A DNA stretch of 64,000 nucleotides from Raillietiella orientalis (lineage: Eukaryota), in the NCBI GenBank assembly GCA_036172245.1, contig JAYWIR010000020.1, forward strand, positions 930,001-994,000. Reading direction: 5' to 3'. The notes below the pieces were generated by a model. It saw nothing but the letters and a program-made list of their open reading frames with translations. It was not told the origin of the DNA and ran no database searches. Both the position numbers and the translations under genes were made by a program. Shown here in pieces: positions 1 through 11,699 of the stretch (position 1 is its first letter; each line of letters opens with the position of its first letter).

Positions 1-1423
1 CATTGTCAAAGAATTTGACTTCCATATAAGGGACTGACAGGTAAATGCAGATCCAAGTACAAAAGATGAAATCAATGGACAAGATGGCAATTTTTTTTTT
101 TTTTTTCAATTTTTTAAAATGCATTCTACTACAGACCAGTTGGAAAAGTCCAAAAAATATTCTGTGTCAAGATAGCGAAATGTATTCAAATATTTTTATT
201 ATTAACTGAATAAATTTTACATTCAATTGTTTTCTAGCCATTATGGTTGTGTAATGGGTCTCAGATTTCGGCTTCCTGATGTTTCGTTTTAAATGAAGAA
301 TGCTTTAATCCCACGAGAAATAGTATCCCATAGCTTTCGGAACCCTAAAAGAACGTCAGAGAGCAATACTGGTGTAGAAAAAAGTTGCTCGGTGGATGCC
401 AGTGAAGGGTAACTGCAGAAGCTCGCGGTTCAAGGAAGCATACATAAAAAGAACAAGATGAGAAAGGAGTAGGATTTGCAAGCATTATCAAGCACAGTGG
501 CTTGAGGGTGCGGGTCATACCCAGCAGATCCTTCTGGAAAAGTAGAGTAGGGTGTGAGAAAGGCGACAGGAGTCTCAAAAAGGGTGATCGTAGTGCATGG
601 GCTCATTAGCTTAGATTATCTTTGAAGTGACGGTGATGGTGGACTTGGTATCTTGAACGAAGAAACCATTTACTTAGGTACTTGGATTGCTTTCTAGGGT
701 AAAATTTGCTAACCTGACCTGAACTTTCCTCAAGTTGAGTGAAGTTCAATTCCAAAAGCAGAAATCAGTACAAAATTCTCATTCTCCAATACTAATAAGA
801 GGACAAAAATCATCCATGTTCATCTATTTGCCTTATAAAAACTTCGATTCGCTACTCTCAGCCGTTACTTTCATAAAAGGATTTGAATTCGAGCTACCTA
901 ATCCGATTCAAACCGATTTTACACACACAATCAAGAACTCGCTCCACGTTATTACTAATCGTTTAAAAAAGGAAGCGAAACTTATTCATTGCCATCGAGT
1001 TCATCTTTAGTTTCATGGCTAATGTGAAGCACCCATTATCAGCTCATGTTTCACACTGAGGTGTAATCCAGGGATAGGGATGAAAGGAGGAACGAATGGT
1101 TTAATTGCTCAGAATCAGGAGAATGATTCCCGCAAGAGGATAGCTTTTTTGCAAATCCCTCCGAATGCAAGGACAGCTTTGTGCACTGTTAGTCTGGCTA
1201 TGAAAATCGTCCCAGTCCCAGAAAGCCCAGTCCCTGATACCTAGAAATAGAATGTTCCAGGCTAAAGATTAAGTGCAGGCATGACTCATGGACTTCTGAG
1301 ATACTTTCAATGTAGTTGAAGTCAAACCAAAGTGAAAAATTCATATCTTAAACGTGCCCCCCGGAAGGATCATTAGCCTTTAACGTTCGATGTTCCTGCT
1401 CATAAAGTCAAACGTCACCTGTT

Positions 1424-2173
1424 TACGATGGAAATCCTTCTTCGCTTTCAGCTTTTTTTGGGGGGGTTCGCTGAGTACTTCAAGAACCAGCGTCCCACTC
1501 AGCTCTTTGAGACTGTTCCCCTCCCCACCCGAGGGCACGTGTGTTAATTCTTCAAGATACCGGGGAGGGACCGCCTCTCAAGCCTGGGGAGGCATCCCCG
1601 AAGGGAGCCTCCCAACCCTGGTTGTCTCCGACGGGAATCGGAAGGGAATCCTCCACTTCTTTACTCTCTCCGGAGGGACCCCCGAAGGGGTCCGCTCCAT
1701 GTTTTCTTCTCCGAAGGGAACCCGCAAGGGAACTGCTCCTGTTTACTCCCTTGAAGAGAACCCCGAAGGGATGCTTCCGAAATTCAGAAGGGCTCTCCCC
1801 GAAGAAAGCGGCACGCTTCTCTGGAACTCTAGAGATGTGGCGACACACCTACTCTACGGAGGGTCCCCCTCAAAGGGGAGTCCTCTCCTATGCACAACCG
1901 GAGGGGAACTCCCACTCCTTGATTCCTGGAAGGGACCCAGAGGTCAACTTCCATTGTTTGGGACCTCGTCGGGGGCATGCAGTTTGAACCACTACTGGGC
2001 GCGCCGCCCCCGGAAGTAGGCCGAACAGCGTTATCTCGCGGGTCCCGGACTCGAACCCACGATGCGCACAAACTGTTTGCGTCGATTCTTGCCGAGTATT
2101 CGAGCTCGCAACGCCGAGTGCCACACGCGGAGACCACCGTAACCACATAACCACATGGCCTCCGATGCGGGCC
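1424..2173 (-). mobile_element. tRNA-headed SINE-like element, copy 1, with internal hairpin array
   Basis: Minus strand starts GGCCCGCATCGGAGGCCATGTGGTTATGTGGTTACGGTGG (A-box-like, with an 8-bp duplication) and has B-box-like GGGTTCGAGTCC and GGTTCAAAC. Body 1580-1940 is a ~40-bp array of ccgaaggg/ccggaggg units. A-rich 3' end. Aligns by eye with the copies at 22.6, 29.1 and 45 kb. Confidence 0.8.
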
Positions 2174-5100
2174 ATGAGATCGGTGCAATCACTTGAAATT
2201 CGGCATAATGAAAGACGATCCTCTGAATTAATGCAGTCTCTTTTCTCAGCCAAGAAGGTACAGAATATGCAGTATATTTCTATGGAAAAATGGATCAGCG
2301 AGTTCCCGAAGGCAAAAACACATAAAAATTGAGTGGACAAAGAGATCTTTGATTTTTTTTTGTGTGATGCTGCGTTTGGTCTATATGGAAATGCCGTTCA
2401 ATTGAATGATAGCACTCCTTTTTGAGAGTTTCGGTTAAATGATGCATCTGCTGGTAGGTCAGATTACAGTTAAAACATACACCGGAGAGCATTGTAGAAA
2501 TTGTTGGTCAAGAGTGCCTTGAAAAGGGGATGGAATTACTAGACGCCATTCATGGAGCAAAACAAGTGCTTAAGCTTATTACGGTTATCAGATTATGAAA
2601 GAAAACATCTCTATCAAATGGGTAGGAGGAATTCTGAGGATACATTTTAGGAGACCAATCAAGCTAACACACTTGAATCAAACGATCTACCATGGTGATT
2701 TAGACACTGAAAATACTGAACAGCTTTCAGATGCCGACAGACTAAACCGGTCCGAGGAATCTTCATTTGTATTGATATTATTAGAAGCAAACGAGAAAGT
2801 AGAAAACTGAATCTCTTTCGGGACGCTGCCTATGTACGCAAGAGGCTGAAGTATTGATTAATCACTTCATAGCTTTTATCGAGAACAAGCTCGAGAGATT
2901 ATGGCAAAGGAACGAAGGCTGTGACGAAGTCAGCAAGAGACTGCTTTGTGGTTTTTCGGTGTGTACCTGCACCGTTCCGTCCCCCATGGCAACCACTAAG
3001 GCACACATCCAGAACATGAGACGCACCTGATGTTCCAGTCAAAATCCTTAACGCATAGCAAGGCTTTGGAAAGGCCCATTTAAGCAGCTTTCGAATCGTT
3101 CTGCTGCTGTTCCCTCAGGTGCTCATTGAAATTGTGCCCAATTCAGTTTTGTCTAATTCACATTTAAATTCATAAGCCGCTATATCACATGATATCTTTC
3201 CAGATAAGGGAGTTGAGATTTCGGTTCTACCGATGGGAACCTTTCAACCAGGAAACCACAGCCTTTAATGAAGGAACGTGAAGTTATGAGTCTCGACTTT
3301 TTATCATCAAAAGTTTGTCCGCTGAACAGTAAACGGATCAGAAATGGGATTTTCTCACGTTCAATTCATGGGATTTTTTTTCTTACACCGTGACTGGGAG
3401 AAAAATTCCACCCGGAGCAAGCTCGTGGCACATGCTCATGTAACTTTTTTGTTTTTTCCCAATAACTGTACTGACCATCAAACACATGGTCGCTAACATA
3501 TGCTTGTTTGTGACTTTTGTGTTCTTTCATAACAAGAACCCTCAGTAAAAGGTAATGCTTTCCCTTAGGGTAATGAGTTGACTCTTCCGTCAAGAAGTCT
3601 CTAACGAGACGAGAATGAGTGAAAAGGTTGGTTCAGCAAACCGCAGAGAAAACATGTTTCATTAGCGTGCAAGAGGAAAAAAAACTGAGAATTTTTTTGA
3701 AGTGCGATTTCCACGACCAAAGAATCTGACACCAGGATACTAAAGATTGGTATACAGTTATGCACGCACTTACCAGCCAAGATTATCCAGTAGAAGGAAT
3801 TTCAAAAATTCATCTAAAGGCTGGAGAACTGAGGCTGGAGCGAAATCTGTCACTCCTTGCAAGACACTCACAGTCCACTTTTTCATTTGTACTTGCTTCA
3901 AGAGTGTCTAATGGTTACGTCCAGAAAGGAGACCATTCCACATATGCATCACACGTTGCCCGCAACTTTGAAGATCTGATTCCGAAGCACCAAAACCTTA
4001 AGAGCGAATACAGCCTTTTAATGAGTAGTGTACATGTCTAGACGGTTGAGGCGCTTAATCTGATTTTGCAACTTTTATATGGAAAGGATAAAAGCTGTAA
4101 GGCGCTTAACCTGAAACTTTTGTTCTCTGCATAGAAGTTGAGAAATCTGGAACTTGAGGGCTGCAGTGACTATCAAGCATAAAGGGATGGACAACATCAA
4201 TGGTGAACATTTTTCATGAGCTTAAGGATGCTTTTGATTAAAGTGGAACGTGAAGTTGCGCGGTATCCAGAGTTGCTTAGCTACAATTAGGTTACGACTC
4301 TTGAAACGCTTCCGGTATCTGCTAGCGCTGCTTCTAGGCCACTCGAAGATGGACTCGAACGACAAACGCACTTGAAGCAGCATTTTGCGCAGTCCGCTAA
4401 GAAGATGAAAAGTGATCATGCATTCATAGTAGTGCCTGATTCATTCAGTTAAGTACTCTGAGTCTCAACCAGTTTCGAGGATTCGGAGACAGTGATACGG
4501 AGTACAGACAGTGATGCAATTTGCTATGGGTATGCGAAATGGTTGAGCAAACAGCCAAGCACGGAAAGGATTTTTCGATCTGCGGAACAAACGAGATAAT
4601 CAGTAAATAAGAAGGCTGTTTAGCATATGAATTCTCCACGGATACTGCCTATCACCTCCATCGAGTGCTTTCTATGATGAGCTGCAGATGGAACCATGAT
4701 GGAACTACGACACATCTCTGAACTGATAACAAAGTTCCTATGTCTGCCTAGTCTCACAAGGCGAAGAGTGATGGCTGTCTTGAAAAAGTGGAGTTTGTGC
4801 CTCACGTGCAGGTAGAGAAACCATACCAAAACAAGAAAATATGTGCTTTTCAACAGGTGTAGATAACCAAGAGAGTAAGCTAAAGGTCTCGTGAAAAATT
4901 GCTAGGTGGATCGGAACAGTTTCTCATGATTCCTAGAAATGGTTCATATTACGATTCGAAAAATATTCTAAGCGTTTAGGTTTAAGACTCCATTCTGAAA
5001 CTGTACACGAGCGGTTCTAACCTATAGCAGGGCCTCAAGGATCCTTACTATAAATGTGCGGCAATCACACTTTGTTTAAAAAAATGTACTGTGGGTCACA

Positions 5101-5559
5101 ATTATACTCACACGGAATGAAACTTCATCCATTTAAAGTTTATAATACCTTTCAGATTACTTTTCTTAATGATATGTAAATGTCCTCTCATTTCATTGGC
5201 GTAACTACGAAATTCTTGGGTTGGCACTACAGGAGATGAGCTGAAATGAGAATGGATGAAAGAGACAGCAGAAAAAAAAAAAAATTCCTTCATTAAGAAA
5301 CAATCACAGATCATGAAAATAAGAATTATAGAGGGGAAGCAAAAAGATTAAAACTCTAAATAAAACTTCAGTAACGAGCTGTGCCGAACTTCACCAGCGA
5401 AATCTGTGTCCTGTAATGACGTGACTCTCCATGTTGCATTTTTTTATGTCTCAACAGATTCAGTGCAGCAGATCAAATTAAGTGCACGTCTTTTCCTTTA
5501 ACTTCTATGAAGAAACTTCTTGAGTCTAAGAAGAATTGAATTTTTGATGGCATATCCCG

Positions 5560-6170
5560 CAAGTTCCCTTCCATCCTATCCCTACTATTTGATGTTCCAG
5601 GAAGAACTATCCGCACAGATTTTCAATATTACCTGGAAATCCGAGAGGAAGTCAGTTCGCGAATTCTCGAAACAGAATGGGTGAATCTCCTCTTACTTTT
5701 TTCACACGCTTCTATACCTATGGCTCTTTCCAAAACCAGCTGCCTGTTCAATGCTAGATCCCTTCTTACAAGAAGCTCTTTTTATAACGGAATCATTCAC
5801 GATGGATTTTCACTGCTTACTTTCATATACGTGAGAATTGCTGGACTTACATCAGCGAGCTTCATAGCAAGGGATTTCAAAACATATCTTTCTGACCATG
5901 CAAAATTCCGAGGACCACGACTGACCCACGGCTGTCCATCTCTGCTGTACCGTGGAGAGTAACGCCCGACTGAGGTCCTGAGCAGAACTTCCTCGCTGAT
6001 TTCACCAGTGAGCCAGCTTTGCAGAATTGCCTGGCTATTTTTCTGGCCCATCAGTAAGTAGGTTCCTTCTAATCCAAAGCAAATAAAATAAAACTCCAAA
6101 ACGATGAGACCGTTCAAATAAAACAGGATGCACTTTCATAATGTACAGAGCTGCCAGAATCCACTATACT
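5560..6170 (+). mobile_element. Degenerate Ty3/Gypsy-type integrase (rve) remnant
   Basis: Motifs in the expected order across frameshifts: VPFHPIPT-DVPGRTIRTDF, ASFIARDFKTYLSDH...THGCPS..RGE (cf. F.S..F...L...GI.H....YHP...G..ER), FIMYRAA. Confidence 0.45.
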
Positions 6171-9100
6171 AAATCATGGATTTGTGCAGCTGCAGAGCTA
6201 CCGAGTCTTGGATGATAGTTGGTTGAATACCACAGTAGGATCGGCAATTCTATATCTTTTGTGAAATAGATTCTTATCATTTAAGATACAGTAATACTTT
6301 TGATCACACTCAGAGTGTTTTCAGATTGTTGTATTGTGGTATCGGCTATCAGCTATTCTTTCATTCGTGTGGTACTCTATCAATAACAACTACTGCACAT
6401 CTCGACTCTCGAAAGACATTGGGAAACTCTTCTGGTTAGAATTTAAAGGTGGAGAGATGAAGTCTGCATCTGTGAGTAAACTTAAAGTAAAAGTAAAAGA
6501 TACAAAGAGTTCCTTAATGCGGATGTCAAAGGTATGGCAATTCTTGTATCTTCAAACTAAGCTTTGAACATTGTCTCAAAACATCATCATTAACTATTCA
6601 AGTGAATAGTAAACCCATCCGGTGAAACTGCATTTTCGATGAGTAACAGTCACTCTCCTTCCCTCAAAGGGCTTACTCTGGTTTACTTCTAGGTTGACTC
6701 GTTTGTACATTTATTGAATGTTTGTCCTCCACTGGATTAGAAAATTAGATCATCTCGGAAGAAGAGTCCACCCACACGTAACACATAATCATTGCTGAAT
6801 CATGAACACTAACGCATATTGATTTTTATTTTAGTGTTTTCCAGAATACTCTGAAAATGAAAAAGCATGACAAGGAGAGATGTGAGATGCAGAGAGATGA
6901 TGTAGCTCAGAGTGCCTTTGCTCTGGAATAGATTTCAATTTTTTTTTTTTTTATGCGGATTTTTCACATGCTCTAGAACTCGAAAAAATCCAATCTATTT
7001 CTAAAACCAGAATTTTGCAAATTTTTTCTCCTGCAGATTGTAGTATGCTGTTGTACTACTCTCAAAATTCTCTGACTATTAATCAATTGGTAGTAAAGAA
7101 AAGGGGAAAATTTAATGAAGCTATCTGCCGTTTCAAGTCGAAGAGATACACATCAGTAGTGCACAGGAACACTTGCCTGGTTTCATCCAATAACAAGGCA
7201 TGCTGAAGACTCCTCTGTAAACTTGGCTTCTGTTATATTATGGAGGGTCTTTTTTGGTTTTACTGGTAACTAAAAAGGAGGCTTTTTATACCTCTGTTTA
7301 CCTTCTTATCCTGCGTGGCTTGTACGGCACACATGATGCTCATCATTTCGAGGTGCGAGGGTGCACCTCAGATGCTTTTGAAATAATAGTAGCTGTTCGT
7401 TTCCTTGCTTCTTAGACCAGAAGTAAACAAGGTTCGCAGGAAGAAAAAAACCCATTTGAACCGACTTGTTTCACGACTTTAGTGGAAATTTGTGTTTGCT
7501 TCCCTATTGTATTCGTGCCACTGCTTAATCGCCCTAATACATGATCTATTGTAAGCTCTTATCTTATTTGATGTGGGATTTAACATGTATGTCCTCGTGC
7601 GAGACACCCAATACGGAACATACAACCCAACTCAAGCTAGGAGGCTTTCTAAGCAGTGGCCTCAATTAGATATATGCATGCTTAACTGCAATAGTACTCA
7701 TATATCAGTACAATAGCTGACAAAGGGAAGTCGTTAAGGAAAGTGATTTTCAGTTTATCCTGCTGCTGATTTATCAGTGAATTCTGTAATTAACTCTTCG
7801 CATTCTGATCTGTGCATAATCGAGTAGCTTTGAGATAGGCTAGTTTTTACTTCAGCTTTACTCATTCGTTCCCTCATCATTACTATAGACTGAAAGCGCT
7901 CTCCCAGAACTTCTTTGTTTCGGAAATGCTTAAGATGGTCTCCTAGAAAGTGATGTAGCATACATACATTCTTGTTCCTCCTCTATTTGATATTAAACAG
8001 CTGCGGCATTTTGACTGTGCTAAGGTAGCATAATAATTAGCTATTTAATTGGTAGCGTGAATGAAAGATTGTATTGAGCAAAACTGTCTTAATGACTGTG
8101 GTATTGTTTTTCTTAGTGATGCAGGGCAGAATAGGAGTTAGTGGGGTTGTGGAATCTACAGATGGCATTCAAGGAGTAACTCGGTTTTCTGATAAGACCG
8201 AGATGACAAATCTCACCCTTTGCCAAGGGTGCCAAATGTTTCCGACAACAGTGTTGCCGTAATGGAGAGATCGACACTACGGTGCAACTTTCAAGTCCAG
8301 TCACTCTCCGACCACATTGAAGCAGTCTACCTTAACTCTATCATCACTCCACGTTTCGTCACCAGTGCCTGTAGCTTCATAGCCTCCGAATAAAGTTGCA
8401 TTCCAGCTCTATGATACTTTCACCATTTCCAGTATGGGTACGTATTTTTTAAAACTGCTGATGCCAATTGAGAAACGTTCCTAAAGACTTCAGGCTACCT
8501 TTTGGAGGGATGACGTCATTGCGTGATCGCGTGACTTCTAATATATCTTTATATGCTTGAGGCTGGACGGATTTGTGTCTCTGTGTCATGTGGAAAGGAC
8601 TGCTGTCAGTGTGTGAAGTTTGTTTCTGGATTGGATGGACCAAGTCATTAATCAAACTGGCGCTGATATTTCAAGACTGCACACGCACATGAGCAAATTA
8701 AGAATGGATAGCAATAACGTTTTAATACATGCTCCTCTGTATCCAATGATGAGATCCGGTGCTCCTTGTTTATGCAGACAGCACAGTCCAAGCCACGCTA
8801 AACAAACCTGCAGCTGGTGAAGTTTCTCAACAACTAAGTTTTACACTTCTCATAGTCCCACATGTCGCAGCTTCCGATAATATCCTGTGATATGATGCAA
8901 ATTTTTCGTGGTTTATCTCGTGGCTGTTTTCCTCTTTCTTATCTATTTTCCCATCCAAGGAATGCATTTTATGCTCAGACAAGTACTGCATATCTATAAG
9001 CGGTAGATGTGCACTGACATCTTGTTCTGTGTGTTTATATGCCACATCCCATTTGTTTTCTCCAAGTGCGCTATTTTGTTCTTTATTTCATCAACAGATT

Positions 9101-10699
9101 GGATTGCATGCGTAAACCGCATGTTTGTTCTTTGTTCTCCCAAATTTCCAGTCGGATTCCAGCATGTGAAGGAAAACATGCTTACGACAACCGAAAAGAC
9201 TGTCCATCCCTTCAGTAGAACCAACGGAAAATGTTTGCTGCATTCGACTGAATAAATGAAATTACAAACAGGAGGATTGAAACTGGATCGTTTGTACATC
9301 GACACTTGATGAATTCGAAGGATGTTACGTGAAATCTTCCGCGGACCACATTCTGCAGACTCACATCATGCTTTGATATTCTGCATTTCCTGTTCAGCAT
9401 AAGATTTTATAGATACACAAAGTCACTTGATGGTAACGGTTTAGCATACTGTTGGAAAAATGATCAATGATGATTGCGTGTGTTCCTGCTTGCATATTGT
9501 CTTCTTTCTACTGTGATGACAACATGCATGAGGTCTGAACTTCCATTTTGGTTCACTATAAAGAGTTGATGACCCTGTTAATCTACTGGTCAGTTGCTCG
9601 GCACGAATGCTTTCCATAAACATCATTGTCATTTTTTTTTTTTTTAAACTAATACTTTTTTCTTCTCGTGTCATAAACAAAATGAAATCTGATTTCCGAA
9701 AATATTAACACTGAAAAGAGTCATCAATTCAAGAGACTGGCAATGCTTATTCAGCTTCCAATAGAAATTTATGTGAAAAAGACTTCGATTAAGAAACTAG
9801 ATTTGCAATGAGAGAAGCAATGCCTGCAGAGAATTGAGTATGATTGGGTACTTGAAAGGCACTCTGCTTGTTGATTTTGAACTGTAAGAGAACCCGTTAC
9901 CTTGGTTTCAGTTTGCGAAGCAGTTAAACGGCTCAATCACATTCCTGCTGCGAAGCAACACGATCACCATCACTTCCTAAGATTGCACTATAGAATTTCC
10001 GTCTAGAAATGCCCGCAATGCTTTCTGAGTAAGTAATCCCAAAGAAAAACACCTCCCCCCCCAAAAAAACATATTTGTTCAATTTGTTGTTCAGTAACCG
10101 TAGTTGGAAGCTTTAATTATCTTGTACGGTTCCCGAAGATAATTAACTTTATCGGGAAAAGTGTGTATAGCCGGAAGTGCGAAAGTTTCAGAGCTTTCAT
10201 CGTGAGGTGTACATTCTTTTCAAAAACTCTCTATGTATTTCACTGCTGTTATTTTCAATAAATTAAATTTTCGAAGTACTACAAAGGATAACGATCGAGA
10301 ACAATTCCCTGCGGGCATTGCTTCACTCATTACAAATCTAGTTTCTTTATGAACCTGGTAAGAACAAAATGATTTGTAACTCTACATGGAGCCACGCTTC
10401 AGTTCCTCTTAAGTACATCACATGCTTCTTTCTCATTGATTCCCGGTAGGAAAATAGAAATCAAATATTTCTCGTTTCTTCGGGCTTATTATTAATCGCT
10501 GACACAAGAATAATGTCGACCTGATGAACTCACTTCGTCCTTTTTATCCTGAAACTACTAGCTTCTTGTTTTCCCATTACTCATTCTCTTCCTAATGAAT
10601 CGAAGTCTTTTTCTTTCCCCATAGACGCTGTCATGTAAGTGGGAATACGAAACTTCAATCTTTCGAAGCGGGATACAGTTCCGTATGTCAGGGAGGTTG

Positions 10700-11470
10700 A
10701 CAGCTAGGGAACGTTTCCTTAACGTTGTGTCTCTTTGGGTCTAAGGATTGTGGAGTGGTTTCATGTAAACCTACGAAAAACTCAAAACCAGACTTGAAAA
10801 TTTGGATTTCCAAGAAAAGCCCCTCGGCTCGGAGAGGACGGGCAGGGTCATCGACACCGAATGAGTGGGCTGAAGACAGAATACAAGATGAGCTGGAGGA
10901 TATGCATAAGTACGAGTTTGTTTCCAAGTTTGGAAATTCTTGGAACTTGGGGCATTCGTATGTTGACTTCTCCTTCTCCTTCAACAACTCATTGCCTGCA
11001 GTAGCTGCAGGAGTGAAGCGATCTACTTCAAGGCAAGTCATTCATGCAAAAATTAGCGATAGTCATAGCTACTGCAGACATGCATGTCAGTTCAGAGAAG
11101 AGAGCGCGAAATAGAGGCAGCATCCCAGGATGAACGAGCATTGCAGGTTCGGTTTGTTTTTAATGAAGAAAAGTTTCCTTGTACTGTAATGTAGTCTTTT
11201 CCCAGAGCGCCAAGAACAAATCGACAATGGAGGATCCCCTATCGAAGATGTCTAAAACAGGAGTTCCAATGTCATTCACCTGTTCTCGGCCAGTCCTGGA
11301 GGTAGGGCCAGACGCTGCGCCCTTTGGATGCTCAGCAGGAGGAGACTCACGAGAAGCATTGGTGGTTTTAACCAAGTGGTCTCCCTCAGGTAGAGAACAC
11401 GCGCATAAACGAACGACGATCCTTTCAAGAACCAGGTTCCCCTTCGAGTCTGGGGTTTCGACTTGCAAGG
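10700..11470 (-). mobile_element. DIRS-like retrotransposon fragment (MT-like domain)
   Basis: Minus strand LDIFDRGSSIVDLFLA (cf. DLFA motif) followed by WKQTRTYAYPPAHLV at ~10885-10930 (cf. W......YAFPP of the DIRS methyltransferase-like domain). Confidence 0.5.
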
Positions 11471-11699
11471 GGCTTAACGAATCTTCCCGCGAGTCGTTGT
11501 GATTCGCGAAAGGATGGAATCACTCCTGTTTCGGTGTTGAGAATGGAAATCAGAGCTCATTGTCATCTGTACCGTGAATTCAACGCATTCGCCCTCAGGG
11601 AGGAAGCGAACTGGGAAGGAGCAGAGAATCATCTAGTTATGTGGTACTCAGACGCAGGATGAACTCGTTCTCATCCGTGAACAGACGTTCTCTTCCCTC

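Noticed and set aside
345..450. hAT dimerisation-like motif ASTEQLFST on the minus strand
   Set aside because: A single short motif that could arise by chance.
1455..1556. HDV-like ribozyme in the SINE tail
   Set aside because: I could not fit P3/L3/P1.1 or the catalytic C consistently across copies.
1580..1940. CRISPR-like array
   Set aside because: Units are degenerate along their whole length, there is no identical repeat with unique spacers, no cas genes, and the context is eukaryotic.
1390..2019. 209-aa ORF, and similar ORFs at 22825-23515, 29174-29596 and 45077-45604, as a repeat-protein gene family
   Set aside because: They overlap the SINE-like copies. Unit lengths (about 34-44 bp) do not preserve frame, and several frames on both strands are open because the G/C-rich repeat is poor in stops.
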